The position numbers were made by a program, and so were the translations under genes. A stretch of DNA of 64,000 nt from an uncultured Campylobacter sp. (GTDB taxonomy: Bacteria > Campylobacterota > Campylobacteria > Campylobacterales > Campylobacteraceae), in assembly GCA_963528285.1 (NCBI GenBank), contig CAURVK010000002.1:2326-66325 (forward strand), in the 5' to 3' direction. Below, piece after piece: positions 10,719 to 20,982 of this stretch; position 1 is the stretch's first letter; every line of letters starts with the position of its first letter. Under the pieces are notes generated by a model that was not told the origin of the DNA, did no database searches, and saw nothing but the letters and a program-made list of their open reading frames with translations.

Positions 10719-11389
10719 ACGCGATAGAAGTAAAAAATCTCTGCAAAATTTACAATCAAAACAAACCCAACGAATTTCACGCGCTGAAAAATATAAATTT
10801 GACGGTAAAAAGCGGCGATCTAGTCATCCTAAAAGGCGTCAGCGGTAGCGGTAAAAGCACGCTATTAGGAATACTCGGCGCACTTAGCAAACCAAGCAGC
10901 GGCGAAGCGCTAATCAACGGTTGCAACGTCTCAAAACTACCCGACATCATGAGCTCAAATTTTAGGCACAGCGAGGTCGGGTTTATATTTCAGTCCTTTA
11001 ACCTGATCGAGGGCCTTAGCGTCTATCAAAACGTGCTAGCGCCGCTAAGCCTAACTAGCCTAAAAAAAGCTGAGCTAAATTCGCAAATCGAGCGCGCGCT
11101 AAATCTCGCTAACATCGCGCACAAAAAAGATCAAATCATCTCAAAGTTAAGCGGCGGCGAAAAGCAGAGATGCGCGATAGCAAGGGCCCTGGCGATGGAT
11201 CCTAGCGTCATACTAGCCGACGAGCCGACGGCAAATTTGGACAAACAAAACTCGCTCATCTTCATCGAAATGCTGAAAAAATTCAAAGAGCTAAAAAAGA
11301 CCGTCGTCGTCGCCACGCACGACATTTTGTTTGACGATCTGGACTTCGTGGACGGCTACGTGAGGATGCAGGACGGAGAGATGCTGTGA
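10715..11389 (+). CDS. LolD/MacB-type ABC ATP-binding protein
   Basis: GVSGSGKS Walker A, GFIFQSFNL, LSGGEKQR, ILADEPTANLD, VATHD. Confidence 0.93.
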   Translation: MNAIEVKNLCKIYNQNKPNEFHALKNINLTVKSGDLVILKGVSGSGKSTLLGILGALSKPSSGEALINGCNVSKLPDIMSSNFRHSEVGFIFQSFNLIEGLSVYQNVLAPLSLTSLKKAELNSQIERALNLANIAHKKDQIISKLSGGEKQRCAIARALAMDPSVILADEPTANLDKQNSLIFIEMLKKFKELKKTVVVATHDILFDDLDFVDGYVRMQDGEML

Positions 11390-12339
11390 GCGTATTTTTA
11401 TCCGACGAAGTTATCGCGTTTTTACTGATCGAGCTCATCATCATCGTATTGATGGGCATTTCGCAGTATTTCGTCGTGCGCATCATGCGCCTGTGGGACT
11501 TTAACTCGACGTCAAATTTACAATACGATCTTGAAAAACGCAACTACCTCGTAAATACGATTTTGTTTTTCGCCGTAGTTTGCAAGATCGTTTTGTTCGT
11601 ATTTTTCGCGCTATCTCTAAACGAGCTAGCAGACGTAGTGCCGGGAGCCATGTGCTCGGCGGGCGTCATCGGATCAAACGAATTCGGCGGCATTTTGCTA
11701 CTGCTGAAACTGCTGCTCATCTTTGGCTTTGGGTTGTGGCTCATCATAAATTCGCTTGATTTAAAGGCGACGAATTTTCCGTATTTAAAGCGAAAATACG
11801 TCATTTTCACGATACTTTTTATCGCCGTTTTGATCGAATTTGCCGCCGAGATCTTGTTTTTTAGCAACGTGCCTTTAAAAGTACCCGTCTTTTGCTGCTC
11901 GGTCGTGTTTCAGGCGCCAAAGCTACCGTTTGGCTACACGAAGTTAAATTTAGTCATATTTTACTACGCTATTTTTGCGGTTATTTTGACGCTAAATTTG
12001 CTCAAACAAACGATGGCGAGCTTTGTTTGCAACCTGCTGTTTTTATTTATCGCATACTACGCGATTACTTATTTTTTCGGGCTTTACGTCTACGAGCAAC
12101 CAAATCACAAATGCCCGTACTGCATGCTAAAAGGCGAGTATTTTTACGTCGGCTACCTCATCTGGGGTTCGCTGTTTTTAGGCATTTTCTACGGCATATC
12201 GGCGTTTTTGGTCGAGCTAATCGTGAAAAAACCTTACGAACATTTGCTCAAAATTTCATCTTTTTGGCTAATCGTAAACGCTCTTGTTTGCAGCTTTTTC
12301 GTCGCTAAATACTACCTTTTGCGAGGAGTTTTATTATGA
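11386..12339 (+). CDS. Cys-rich integral membrane protein of unknown function
   Basis: Multiple TM helices; PGAMCSAG, FCCS and HKCPYC motifs; GTGA coupling. Confidence 0.75.
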   Translation: MSVFLSDEVIAFLLIELIIIVLMGISQYFVVRIMRLWDFNSTSNLQYDLEKRNYLVNTILFFAVVCKIVLFVFFALSLNELADVVPGAMCSAGVIGSNEFGGILLLLKLLLIFGFGLWLIINSLDLKATNFPYLKRKYVIFTILFIAVLIEFAAEILFFSNVPLKVPVFCCSVVFQAPKLPFGYTKLNLVIFYYAIFAVILTLNLLKQTMASFVCNLLFLFIAYYAITYFFGLYVYEQPNHKCPYCMLKGEYFYVGYLIWGSLFLGIFYGISAFLVELIVKKPYEHLLKISSFWLIVNALVCSFFVAKYYLLRGVLL

Positions 12340-12845
12340 TAAAGCAAATTTTCGCCGCCGTGCTACTCATCGGCGTGGTGGCGCTACTCGCGTTTTCGGT
12401 GGATACTAGCGAGGGTAAAATCGTAGTTCGCCACGGCAACGTAGAAAAAAAGCCGCTAGATATCGAGCTAAACAAATACCTCTGTTTTGAGAGCAAGGTT
12501 CTCATCAGCGACCTAAACAACACGGCTCAGGCGGTGATGCCAAACGGCGATACGTACTTTTTCTACGACATCTCAAACTCGTTTACGTGGCTCATGCGGC
12601 AAAAAAATAAAGACGACGTCGTGCTGTGGGTGTATTCGCAAGACACAAGCCGCTACATCCTAGCTAAAGATGCCTGGTATTCGCGCGTAGACATCACTCC
12701 GATGGGATACGGCATCGGCGCATACGAATACCACGTTTACGGCATTAACGACAACTATTTCGAGGACGTCATGCTCTATGCCGCACGCGGAGAAACGCTG
12801 ATAAATCCGCTCATTTTTATCTTACTTTCGGAGAATAAAATTTAG
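12336..12845 (+). CDS. Membrane-anchored degenerate NosL-like protein
   Basis: N-terminal TM; AQAVMPNGDTYFFYD, AKDAWY and TPMGYG resemble NosL; CxxC reduced to CFES. Confidence 0.6.
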   Translation: MIKQIFAAVLLIGVVALLAFSVDTSEGKIVVRHGNVEKKPLDIELNKYLCFESKVLISDLNNTAQAVMPNGDTYFFYDISNSFTWLMRQKNKDDVVLWVYSQDTSRYILAKDAWYSRVDITPMGYGIGAYEYHVYGINDNYFEDVMLYAARGETLINPLIFILLSENKI

Positions 12846-13213
12846 CTTTTAAAGCCTGTTTGTTTTTTATTCTCCTAAATTATCTCTACAAAGTAAAATA
12901 GTTAAATTTGACGGATTTAATTTTAAATTTGCCCACATTTTACGGCTAAAATTTAGTAAAAAACTTAATGAGCCTACTCATAGTTTGTAAATTTGACGTC
13001 CAAACAGGCGTTTAAATGTTAGTAAATTTGCTGCTGCCGGAGATGACTTATTAACGGTAAATGTTGAAATTTCATCTTTGTCGGTTAAATTTGCACGTAT
13101 TCCAAAAATTTGATCAATTTTTTTCGCCAGTTTGAAAATTCGATGAACTATTGGCTAACGTTAATTTTTAACTATAAATTTTACATAATTAACCGCTAAC
13201 GTTTTACAAAAGG

Positions 13214-13987
13214 TTAGTACCTAACGTTATTTACCTTCAAAAAATCCCTAAGTGCTTCATATTCACTGTTTTCAAAGTATCGCCATTTACCTGGCTTTAG
13301 CATACCAAGATCCACGCGGCCGAAACTAACTCGCTTTAGATCCATCACCTCAAGGTCGAAATATCCGAAAAACCGGCGTAGCTCGCGGTTTTGTCCTTCG
13401 TTTATCATGACTTTTAGCTTCGTGAAGCCGCCGCTGGAGCCAAAAATTTTATAGTCCAAAAATGGCTTAAATTCCATCGATTTTATCGCCGTTTTAGCAT
13501 GCGCGCCCTTGGTAGCGTCCGCAGCGAAAAAACCCTCATTCATCGCCGTTATTACCTCGGGCGTTATCTCACCTTTTACCTTAAGATAATATTCGCGCTC
13601 GACGTCACTGTTCATAAGCGCGGTTGCGATCGCAGGAGCGTCCGTTAGCAAAAGCAGCCCCTCGCTAGCGTAGTCAAGCCGCCCGATACTAACAAATTTA
13701 GCAAACTGACGATCCAAACTATCATAGATCGTTTTGCGTCCGCGGTCGTCTTTTTTGCTAACGAGTTCGCCTTTTTGTTTGTGATAAACGATCACGGTAA
13801 ATTCTTTTTTTAGCCTTACTATGCGGCCGTTTATCCTTACTTTATCCTCTTCGCTAACGCTAGTGGCTAGCTCGCTAACGACGCTGCCATTTACGCTAAC
13901 TTTGCCCTGTTTTATGAGCTCGTCGGCCTCTCTACGCGAATAACTCGTGTTATGCGATATAAATTTATTCAGTCTGCTTTTTTGCAT
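13214..13987 (-). CDS. rluB: RsuA/RluB-family 23S rRNA pseudouridine synthase
   Basis: S4 domain RLNKFI..SRREADELI; GRLDYASEGLLLLT; EGQNRELRR. Confidence 0.85.
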   Translation of the reverse strand: MQKSRLNKFISHNTSYSRREADELIKQGKVSVNGSVVSELATSVSEEDKVRINGRIVRLKKEFTVIVYHKQKGELVSKKDDRGRKTIYDSLDRQFAKFVSIGRLDYASEGLLLLTDAPAIATALMNSDVEREYYLKVKGEITPEVITAMNEGFFAADATKGAHAKTAIKSMEFKPFLDYKIFGSSGGFTKLKVMINEGQNRELRRFFGYFDLEVMDLKRVSFGRVDLGMLKPGKWRYFENSEYEALRDFLKVNNVRY

Positions 13988-13988
13988 T

Positions 13989-14948
13989 TTATAGTCCTAA
14001 ATTTGCAAGGTCGTGTATGTGTAAAACGCCGACCGGAACGCCGTTTTCCACGACGGCTAAGAGTTGGATCTTGTAGCGTTCGATGAGCGCTAACGCATCT
14101 ATCGCTAACATCTCTTTATCATTTAGCTCTTTTGGCTTTAGCGTCGCGTATTTGATAGCAGCGTCGTTTAGATCAAAGTCCTCTCTCATCAGCGCGCGCC
14201 TAAGGTCTCCGTCGCTTAAAATCGCATCTAAAACGCCGTCTTTATCAACGATAAGGACGGTGCCGAGTTTACCGTGCGTCATAGTGTCGATCGCCTGCTT
14301 TAGGCTCGCATTCCAGCGAACTATCGGCAAATTTTCGCTTCTCATCACGTCTTTTACTTTTAGAAATAGTCTCTTGCCAAGACTTCCGCCGGGGTGAAAA
14401 TTCGCAAAATCCTCTTTTTTAAATCCGCGCTTTTCCATTAGGCAAACGGCTAACGCATCACCTAGAGCTAACGTTAGCGTCGTCGAGCTAGTTGGCGCGG
14501 CATCTAGCGGGCAGGCCTCCTTGCTAACGTCAAGTTTCACAAATGCGTCGCTAAATTTACCGAGCGTGCTAAATTTATCCCTTGCCATCGCAACTATCGG
14601 TACGCCAAAACGCTGCACGTGAGGCAGGATTTTGATTAGCTCCTCGCTCTCGCCGCTAAAGCTGATAGCCAGTAGTGTATCGTCCTTGCCGATCATACCC
14701 AGATCGCCGTGCATCGCCTCGGTCGGATGCATGAAAAAGCTAGGCGTGCCCGTGCTAGCAAGCGTCGCGGCGATCTTTGCGCCGACGTGTCCGCTCTTGC
14801 CTACGCCCGTGACTACGACTTTGCCTTTGGTCTTGTATAAAACCTCAACCGCTTTTTCAAATTCGCCGTCTAAAATCTCGGCATTTCTCGTTAGTTCGTT
14901 AGCCTCCGTTTTTAGCACGTTAGCGGCTATTTTGATTGTATCGCTCAT
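13989..14948 (-). CDS. kdsD: Arabinose-5-phosphate isomerase (KpsF/GutQ)
   Basis: GVGKSGHVG, EAMHGDLG, HPGGSLG; two CBS domains. Confidence 0.92.
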   Translation of the reverse strand: MSDTIKIAANVLKTEANELTRNAEILDGEFEKAVEVLYKTKGKVVVTGVGKSGHVGAKIAATLASTGTPSFFMHPTEAMHGDLGMIGKDDTLLAISFSGESEELIKILPHVQRFGVPIVAMARDKFSTLGKFSDAFVKLDVSKEACPLDAAPTSSTTLTLALGDALAVCLMEKRGFKKEDFANFHPGGSLGKRLFLKVKDVMRSENLPIVRWNASLKQAIDTMTHGKLGTVLIVDKDGVLDAILSDGDLRRALMREDFDLNDAAIKYATLKPKELNDKEMLAIDALALIERYKIQLLAVVENGVPVGVLHIHDLANLGL

Positions 14949-14957
14949 TTTACGCCC

Positions 14958-17108
14958 TTACATCAGGTATATGATCGGCACGATGGTCGGATATTTTTTG
15001 ACTTTTCTAAAGATATGCTTACGGATGACCTGGCGCACTTGCCCCTCGAGTATCCTGCCGTCTTTTAAAAGCTCCTCTTTGACGTTGCTTAGATACTGCT
15101 CCAGCACACCCTCCATCTCTTTTCTAAACTCACCGTCTTGCTTATCGCCCACGAGCCCGTAGCTGATAACGCGAGGCTTGTTTATGAGCTTAGCGCCGTG
15201 ACGAGAGATTTGCGCGATGATCATCACGACGCCCGCTTCAGCCAAATTTTGCCTATCGATCACGACGTCGTCTGAAATTTGCTTGTTGATTTGATTGTCG
15301 ATAAAGACCTTGCCCGTTTTTACCGTCTTGGCGCGCTTCATGTACTTTTGGCAAATTTCCATCTGATCGCCGTCGCTCATCAGATAGATGTTTCGCTCGT
15401 CCACGCCGCAGGCTACGGCCGTTTCTTTGTGCTTTGCGATGTGGTTGTACTCGCCGTGAACCGGGAGGAAAAATTTAGGCTTTATTAGGCGCAGCATCAG
15501 CTTTTGCTCTTCCTGTGCCGCGTGACCGCTCACGTGTATCTCGCTAAAGTCCTGATACGCAACGCTAGCGCCTGATTTGATGAGGAAATTTAGCACCGTA
15601 GAGACGCTGCTTTCGTTGCCCGGGATCGCCTTTGAGCTGATGATGATCTGATCGGTCGGCTTTATTTTGATGTATTTGTGCTCGTCGGTAGCCATGCGGT
15701 ACAGCGCGCTCATCGTCTCACCCTGAGAGCCGGTAGTGACGATCAGCACTTCGTTATCTTTAAATTTACCGACTTCGTTAGCGTCGATAAAAATTTTCTT
15801 ATCGAGCTTGATATAGCCAAGTTCCATCGCCGTGTAGAGGTTGCGCTCCATGCTACGGCCGATGACGCAGACCTTGCGGTTATATTTTAGTCCCCAGTCG
15901 ATCGCCTGATAGACGCGGTGGATGTTGGAGCTAAACGTGCTCATTATCACGCGGCCTTTGGCTTTGGAAAATATCGCGTCAAAGGTCTTACCCACGCTGC
16001 TTTCGCTTTTAGTAAAGCCCTCGCGGTAGCTGTTCGTGCTATCGCTCATGAGGCACAGCACGCCGCGTTCGCCGTAGTAGGCTAGGCGTCCCAGATCAGT
16101 AGGGTAGCCGTCGATCGGCGTGTGGTCGATCTTAAAGTCGCCCGTGTGGATGATAGTGCCGGCCTTTGTCGTGATGGCAAGCGCGCTAGCGTCGATGATG
16201 GAGTGCGTGATATGTATCCACTCGACCTCGAAATCTCCTATCAAATACGGCTTTCGCTTTTCAACCGAGCGGAAAAGCGAACGCTCCTGTTTTAGTCCGT
16301 GCTCTTCAAATTTGTTATTTATCATACCAAGCGGTAACGGCGTGGCGTAAATCGGAAATTTAAATTCTTTATAAAAGTAGGGCACCGCGCCGATGTGGTC
16401 CTCGTGGGCGTGCGTGATGACGACGCCTTTTATCTTGTCTTTTATCTTACGCACGTAGTCAAAGTCGGGGATCAGGATATCCACGCCGTGCATGCTCTCG
16501 CTAGGAAAGCTCATGCCGATATCCACGATGATCGCGCTCGTGTCGGTCTCAAATACGGTCATATTTCCGCCTATCTCGCCCAACCCACCAAGAGGCGTGA
16601 CTCGAATCCTGTGATCGGTCGAGTTTAGGTATTTCATCGGTTCGAGGCGTAGTTCGTGGACGGCTTTGTTTGCCTCCATGGCGCTAGCTATATCTTGCTG
16701 CCACTGCTCGTTGCCGTTTAGCTTAGCGGGTAAATTTTTCTTCGGTTTTCGCTGTTTTTTCGGTTTAGCTTCGCCCGTTTGATTTTCGGCGTTAGCGGTT
16801 TGTTTGTTAGCGTTTTTATTATCGTTTTGCGCGCTATTTTGAGAGTTTTGTTTGTTGTTTTTACTACGATTTCTTTTACCGTTTTGTTTGTTAGCGTTAG
16901 GTTGTTCGCCGTTTTGCGCGTGCTGTTCGCCGCCGTCAAAAGGCTCTAAAAAGAAATTATCTATCACGCTTTGGCTAGCTTTTTGCTCGCCGTTTTGTAC
17001 GTTTTGGTCTAAATTTTCTTGTTTATTTTTATTTCTCGGGCGAAATCTGCGCTTTTTATTGCTCTTGCCCTGAGAAACTACCGCTTTTTCTTCGCTTTTG
17101 TCGTTCAT
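14958..17108 (-). CDS. rnj: Ribonuclease J with long low-complexity N-terminal extension
   Basis: PLGGLGEIGGN, THAHEDHIG, HVSGH, PVHGE. Confidence 0.95.
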   Translation of the reverse strand: MNDKSEEKAVVSQGKSNKKRRFRPRNKNKQENLDQNVQNGEQKASQSVIDNFFLEPFDGGEQHAQNGEQPNANKQNGKRNRSKNNKQNSQNSAQNDNKNANKQTANAENQTGEAKPKKQRKPKKNLPAKLNGNEQWQQDIASAMEANKAVHELRLEPMKYLNSTDHRIRVTPLGGLGEIGGNMTVFETDTSAIIVDIGMSFPSESMHGVDILIPDFDYVRKIKDKIKGVVITHAHEDHIGAVPYFYKEFKFPIYATPLPLGMINNKFEEHGLKQERSLFRSVEKRKPYLIGDFEVEWIHITHSIIDASALAITTKAGTIIHTGDFKIDHTPIDGYPTDLGRLAYYGERGVLCLMSDSTNSYREGFTKSESSVGKTFDAIFSKAKGRVIMSTFSSNIHRVYQAIDWGLKYNRKVCVIGRSMERNLYTAMELGYIKLDKKIFIDANEVGKFKDNEVLIVTTGSQGETMSALYRMATDEHKYIKIKPTDQIIISSKAIPGNESSVSTVLNFLIKSGASVAYQDFSEIHVSGHAAQEEQKLMLRLIKPKFFLPVHGEYNHIAKHKETAVACGVDERNIYLMSDGDQMEICQKYMKRAKTVKTGKVFIDNQINKQISDDVVIDRQNLAEAGVVMIIAQISRHGAKLINKPRVISYGLVGDKQDGEFRKEMEGVLEQYLSNVKEELLKDGRILEGQVRQVIRKHIFRKVKKYPTIVPIIYLM

Positions 17109-17919
17109 TATCTTCCTTTAAATTTCTAAAAACTTCTAGATAAAGATCGACATTTAGTTCGTGCGGACGGATACTTGCGCCCAAATTTAACATGCTAAAA
17201 ATTCGCTCGACTTCAGGCTTATTATAGCTTGAACTCAAATTTTTCATCAGCGTTTTTCTAGGCGCGCTAAAGGCGATTTTGAGGTAAGTTTTAAATTTTT
17301 CGTATTCAAATTTACTCTCAAATATACCCGTTTCACCTATTAAATTTTTACTTTTTTGCAGTTTTATAACCGAGGAAGTCACCTTGGGCGGCGGATTAAA
17401 GCAGCTCGCAGCCACGTCAAAAAGCAGCTCACAGCTACCTTGAAGCGAAGCCAAAATCGCCAAAGAGCTAAAATCTCTATCGCCGCTTTTCGCGCTAAAT
17501 TTGAGCGCGACTTCCTTTTGTATCATCACGACTAGGCCGCGACATTTTTCGTCTTCGATCGCATTTAGGATCATCTTCGTAGCGACGTAGTAGGGCAAGT
17601 TTGCTGCTAAAAAATACGGCTCATCGCTCAGGCTGTCTTCGCTCCATTGATCCAGCGCGTCTTTGCAAAAAAGTTTCAATCGTCCGTTTTGAATTTCGTT
17701 TGCGAATTTTTTCTGCAGCAACGCAAAAAGCTCGGTATCTATCTCGTAGCTAGTTACGTCGCAAATCCGCAAAATTCTAAATGTCAAATCACCTAAGCCA
17801 GGCCCAATTTCAACGATATTTTGCGTATCTTTGGGAATCGCTTGGATGATTTTGTTTAGCGTCGCTTCGTCGTGTAAAAAATTTTGTCCGAAGCATTTTT
17901 TTGCTTTAATATTTTCCAT
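17056..17919 (-). CDS. rsmA: 16S rRNA dimethyladenosine transferase
   Basis: KKCFGQNFL, EIGPGLG, ANLPYY, FNPPPKV. Confidence 0.95.
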   Translation of the reverse strand: MENIKAKKCFGQNFLHDEATLNKIIQAIPKDTQNIVEIGPGLGDLTFRILRICDVTSYEIDTELFALLQKKFANEIQNGRLKLFCKDALDQWSEDSLSDEPYFLAANLPYYVATKMILNAIEDEKCRGLVVMIQKEVALKFSAKSGDRDFSSLAILASLQGSCELLFDVAASCFNPPPKVTSSVIKLQKSKNLIGETGIFESKFEYEKFKTYLKIAFSAPRKTLMKNLSSSYNKPEVERIFSMLNLGASIRPHELNVDLYLEVFRNLKEDNERQKRRKSGSFSGQEQ

Positions 17920-18022
17920 TTTTTTCCTAAATTTCGCCGATTTTACCCAAAAATATCTTATGTAATGATTAGATAAGTCAAATTTAGCTAAAATAAAGCC
18001 AAATTTTAGCTAAAGAAGAGCG

Positions 18023-18778
18023 ATGAATCATTTTGCAAAACGCATAATCCCGTGCCTAGACGTCAAAGACGGACGCGTGGTAAAGGGCGTAAATTTCGTA
18101 GGTCTCGTGGACGCGGGCGATCCGGTCGAGATAGCCAAACGCTACAACGAGGAGGGTGCGGACGAGCTGTGCTTCCTCGATATCACGGCGTCGCACCTTG
18201 AGCGCGATACGATCGTGGACGTCGTGGAACGAGTCGCACGCGAGCTTTTTATCCCGCTAACAGTAGGCGGCGGTATCCGTACGATCGACGATATCTCGCG
18301 TCTGCTAAACGTCGGATGCGACAAGATCAGTCTCAACTCCGCCGCGATAAAAAATCCAAATTTGATAGACGAAGCGGCGAATAAATTCGGCTCGCAGTGC
18401 GTCGTGGTTGCAATCGATGCAAAGAGGACGGGCGAGAGTTATAGCGTTTTTATAAACGGCGGCAGGCTAGATACGGGCAAGGACGCTCTAGCGTGGGCGA
18501 AAGAGGCGCAGGAGCGCGGTGCGGGTGAAATTTTACTCACATCGATGGACTGCGACGGCGTTAAAAACGGCTTTGAGTTAAATTTGACGCGGATTTTCAG
18601 CGCGCTTGATATCCCCGTCATCGCAAGCGGCGGTGCGGGCAATATGGAGCACTTTAAGGACGCATTTTTAGCTGGCGCGGACGCGTGCTTGGCAGCCTCT
18701 ATCTTTCACTTTAGAGAGATCGAGATTAGGGCGCTTAAAACATACCTCAGACAAAACGGTATCGAGGTTAGGCTATGA
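18023..18778 (+). CDS. hisF: Imidazole glycerol phosphate synthase cyclase subunit
   Basis: [29 protein letters not shown]. Confidence 0.97.
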   Translation: MNHFAKRIIPCLDVKDGRVVKGVNFVGLVDAGDPVEIAKRYNEEGADELCFLDITASHLERDTIVDVVERVARELFIPLTVGGGIRTIDDISRLLNVGCDKISLNSAAIKNPNLIDEAANKFGSQCVVVAIDAKRTGESYSVFINGGRLDTGKDALAWAKEAQERGAGEILLTSMDCDGVKNGFELNLTRIFSALDIPVIASGGAGNMEHFKDAFLAGADACLAASIFHFREIEIRALKTYLRQNGIEVRL

Positions 18779-18815
18779 AATTTGAGCTCAAATTTAGCGC
18801 GCAAGAGGGCAGGGC

Positions 18816-19481
18816 GTGATTATTTCGGCGGGACGAAACGAGATATTTCCATTCGCACTACCCATGGGTGTGGGGCTAGTGGATATGAGCATAAATTTGA
18901 CAGCGCTTTTGCAAAAGCGAGCTATGGTCGATGGTTGCGTTAGATACGAGCAAATTTTGACGACTAACCGACAACTTGATGAGAGGCTAAATTTGATTGA
19001 TTCGCCTATTTTGCAAAGCGCGAAATCCGCACAAAATCCGGATAAAATTTTAAATGCGCTGCCGAGTGAAATCATTTTTATAGGCTCGGCAGGACTTTAC
19101 AAGGAAGGTGAAATTTTTGAAATTTACGAGAGCTCGTCTGTGGCAAATATCGAAATTTCAAGCCTAGAAAACAAGAGCTATTCGCCGATAGAGAGTGAAA
19201 TTACTTCTGTTGTTCCACGTGGAACATGCAAGGTAAACTCCTCAAATTTCATCACGACCGACCAAAATTTGGCTCACGAGCTTTTTGCGCGCGGATATTT
19301 TTTAGAAAATATGGAATTTTTTGCCGTCCTCAAAGTCGCGCAAAAACTTCAAATCCCCGCTTACGGCATATTCGTAGCAACGAATTTTTGCGATAAAAAC
19401 GCACATGCCGATTTTATAAAAAATCACGAGCAAGCTAAAAAAGAGCTCGAAAAATACTTAAAACAAAAGGAAATCATTTGA
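18816..19481 (+). CDS. Nucleoside phosphorylase-like protein
   Basis: [21 protein letters not shown] motifs of the PNP/MTAN fold; GTG start. Confidence 0.7.
   Translation: MIISAGRNEIFPFALPMGVGLVDMSINLTALLQKRAMVDGCVRYEQILTTNRQLDERLNLIDSPILQSAKSAQNPDKILNALPSEIIFIGSAGLYKEGEIFEIYESSSVANIEISSLENKSYSPIESEITSVVPRGTCKVNSSNFITTDQNLAHELFARGYFLENMEFFAVLKVAQKLQIPAYGIFVATNFCDKNAHADFIKNHEQAKKELEKYLKQKEII
19211..19226. promoter_or_regulatory. parS centromere site (ParB binding), intragenic
   Basis: Perfect 16-bp palindrome TGTTCCACGTGGAACA matching the canonical parS consensus. Confidence 0.9.
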
Positions 19482-20569
19482 AAAATTTGCTTGATTTTAC
19501 ATTAGATGAGCTAAAAGAGCAGCTCTCGCCGCCGTTTCGTGCGAAGCAAATTTTCGAGTGGCTATACAAGAAAAACGCAACTAGTTTTGATGAAATGCTG
19601 AATTTACCTAAAGATTTACGTGCAAATTTAGCGCAGGAGTTCTACCTCAATCCGCTAAAATGCGTCAAATTTGAGCAGAGCGCCGACGGCTCTATCAAAT
19701 ATCTTTTCGAGCTCAAAGACGGGCTGCGGATAGAAAGCGTACTACTGCCGATGAAAGAAGAGATCAGCAACGAAAACGGCGAGGTAGCGCGCCATACTCG
19801 TTATACCATCTGCGTTAGCTCGCAGGTGGGCTGCCGCATGGGCTGTTCGTTTTGTCTAACGGGCAAGAGCGGGCTAACGAGAAACCTAACGCCGGGCGAG
19901 ATCGTAGGGCAAATTTTATGGATAAAAAGAGAAAATAAAATCCCTTACGAACGCCGCGTAAACGTCGTATATATGGGCATGGGCGAGCCTCTGGACAACC
20001 TAGAAAACGTTAGTAAAGCCATAAAAATTTTAAAAGAAAACGATGGGTTAGCTATCGCACCGCGCCGCCAAACCGTTAGTACGAGCGGACTAGGCAGCCA
20101 GATAAAAAAGCTCGGTGAGATGGATCTGAGCGTGCTGTTAGCGATATCTTTGCACGCCGTTACTAACGAGCTTCGCAGCAAACTGATGCCTATAAATAAC
20201 GCCTACAAAATCGAGTCCGTTATGGAGGCGGTGAGGGGCTTTCCGATAGATATGCGCAAACGAGTGATGTTTGAGTATCTCGTCATAAAAGACATGAACG
20301 ACGGCATAAAAGACGCCAAAAAGCTCGTCTCACTACTGCACGGTATCAAGGCAAAGGTAAATTTGATCTACTTTAACCCGCACGAGGGCAGCGAATACGG
20401 TCGTCCGAACACAGCCGATATGGAGGCATTTCAGACGTATCTGCGCGATCACGGCGTAACCTGCACCATCAGGCAGAGCAAGGGGCTAGATATCAGCGCA
20501 GCGTGCGGACAGCTAAAAGAGCGCGACAATCAAACAAATGGCAGAACGCTAGCCAAGACGGCAAAATGA
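19478..20569 (+). CDS. rlmN: Dual-specificity RNA methyltransferase RlmN
   Basis: [15 protein letters not shown] radical SAM motif; [16 protein letters not shown]. Confidence 0.96.
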   Translation: MKNLLDFTLDELKEQLSPPFRAKQIFEWLYKKNATSFDEMLNLPKDLRANLAQEFYLNPLKCVKFEQSADGSIKYLFELKDGLRIESVLLPMKEEISNENGEVARHTRYTICVSSQVGCRMGCSFCLTGKSGLTRNLTPGEIVGQILWIKRENKIPYERRVNVVYMGMGEPLDNLENVSKAIKILKENDGLAIAPRRQTVSTSGLGSQIKKLGEMDLSVLLAISLHAVTNELRSKLMPINNAYKIESVMEAVRGFPIDMRKRVMFEYLVIKDMNDGIKDAKKLVSLLHGIKAKVNLIYFNPHEGSEYGRPNTADMEAFQTYLRDHGVTCTIRQSKGLDISAACGQLKERDNQTNGRTLAKTAK

Positions 20570-20670
20570 CTCTACTTGATATATCCCAGATAGTTTTCGT
20601 CTGCGTTGTGGTTTTTGCGGGACTCGGACTTATTATAAAGACGGCTTTTTATGACGAACGAAACCGATGA
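20566..20670 (+). CDS. 34-aa single-TM peptide ([34 protein letters not shown]), not in ORF track
   Basis: ATGA overlap with rlmN stop; one hydrophobic helix; overlaps next start. Confidence 0.55.
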   Translation: MTLLDISQIVFVCVVVFAGLGLIIKTAFYDERNR

Positions 20671-20980
20671 TATAGCATTTTTAAGAGATCAAATAGACAG
20701 AAATAACGACGACTCGTTTTTCGTTTTGCTCTACGATTTTTGCTATTTTGATAAGAAAGTTTTTAAGAAAATCCTAAAAATCTGCCTAAAAACCGAGATA
20801 GAGGATAAAAATTTAAGGGCCGAAATTTTAGATATTTTGCATTTTACGACCTATTTGATACTCTGTCATCGCGATAAAAAGGATATGTATAAGATAAAAA
20901 ACTTCAAAAAAGTCGAGGAAAAATTCGGCGATTATTTTCAGATCATAAGGCAGATCAGTAGGAAATTTATAACGGAGTAA
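20651..20980 (+). CDS. Small hypothetical protein, resembles Imm41-type immunity proteins
   Basis: 109 aa, AT-rich; DSFFVLLYD..YFDKK pattern; family call from memory only. Confidence 0.5.
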   Translation: MTNETDDIAFLRDQIDRNNDDSFFVLLYDFCYFDKKVFKKILKICLKTEIEDKNLRAEILDILHFTTYLILCHRDKKDMYKIKNFKKVEEKFGDYFQIIRQISRKFITE

Positions 20981-20982
20981 CA

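Noticed and set aside
16620..17108. Low-complexity N-terminal extension of RNase J as a novelty
   Set aside because: Such extensions are already known for RNase J of Helicobacter and relatives.
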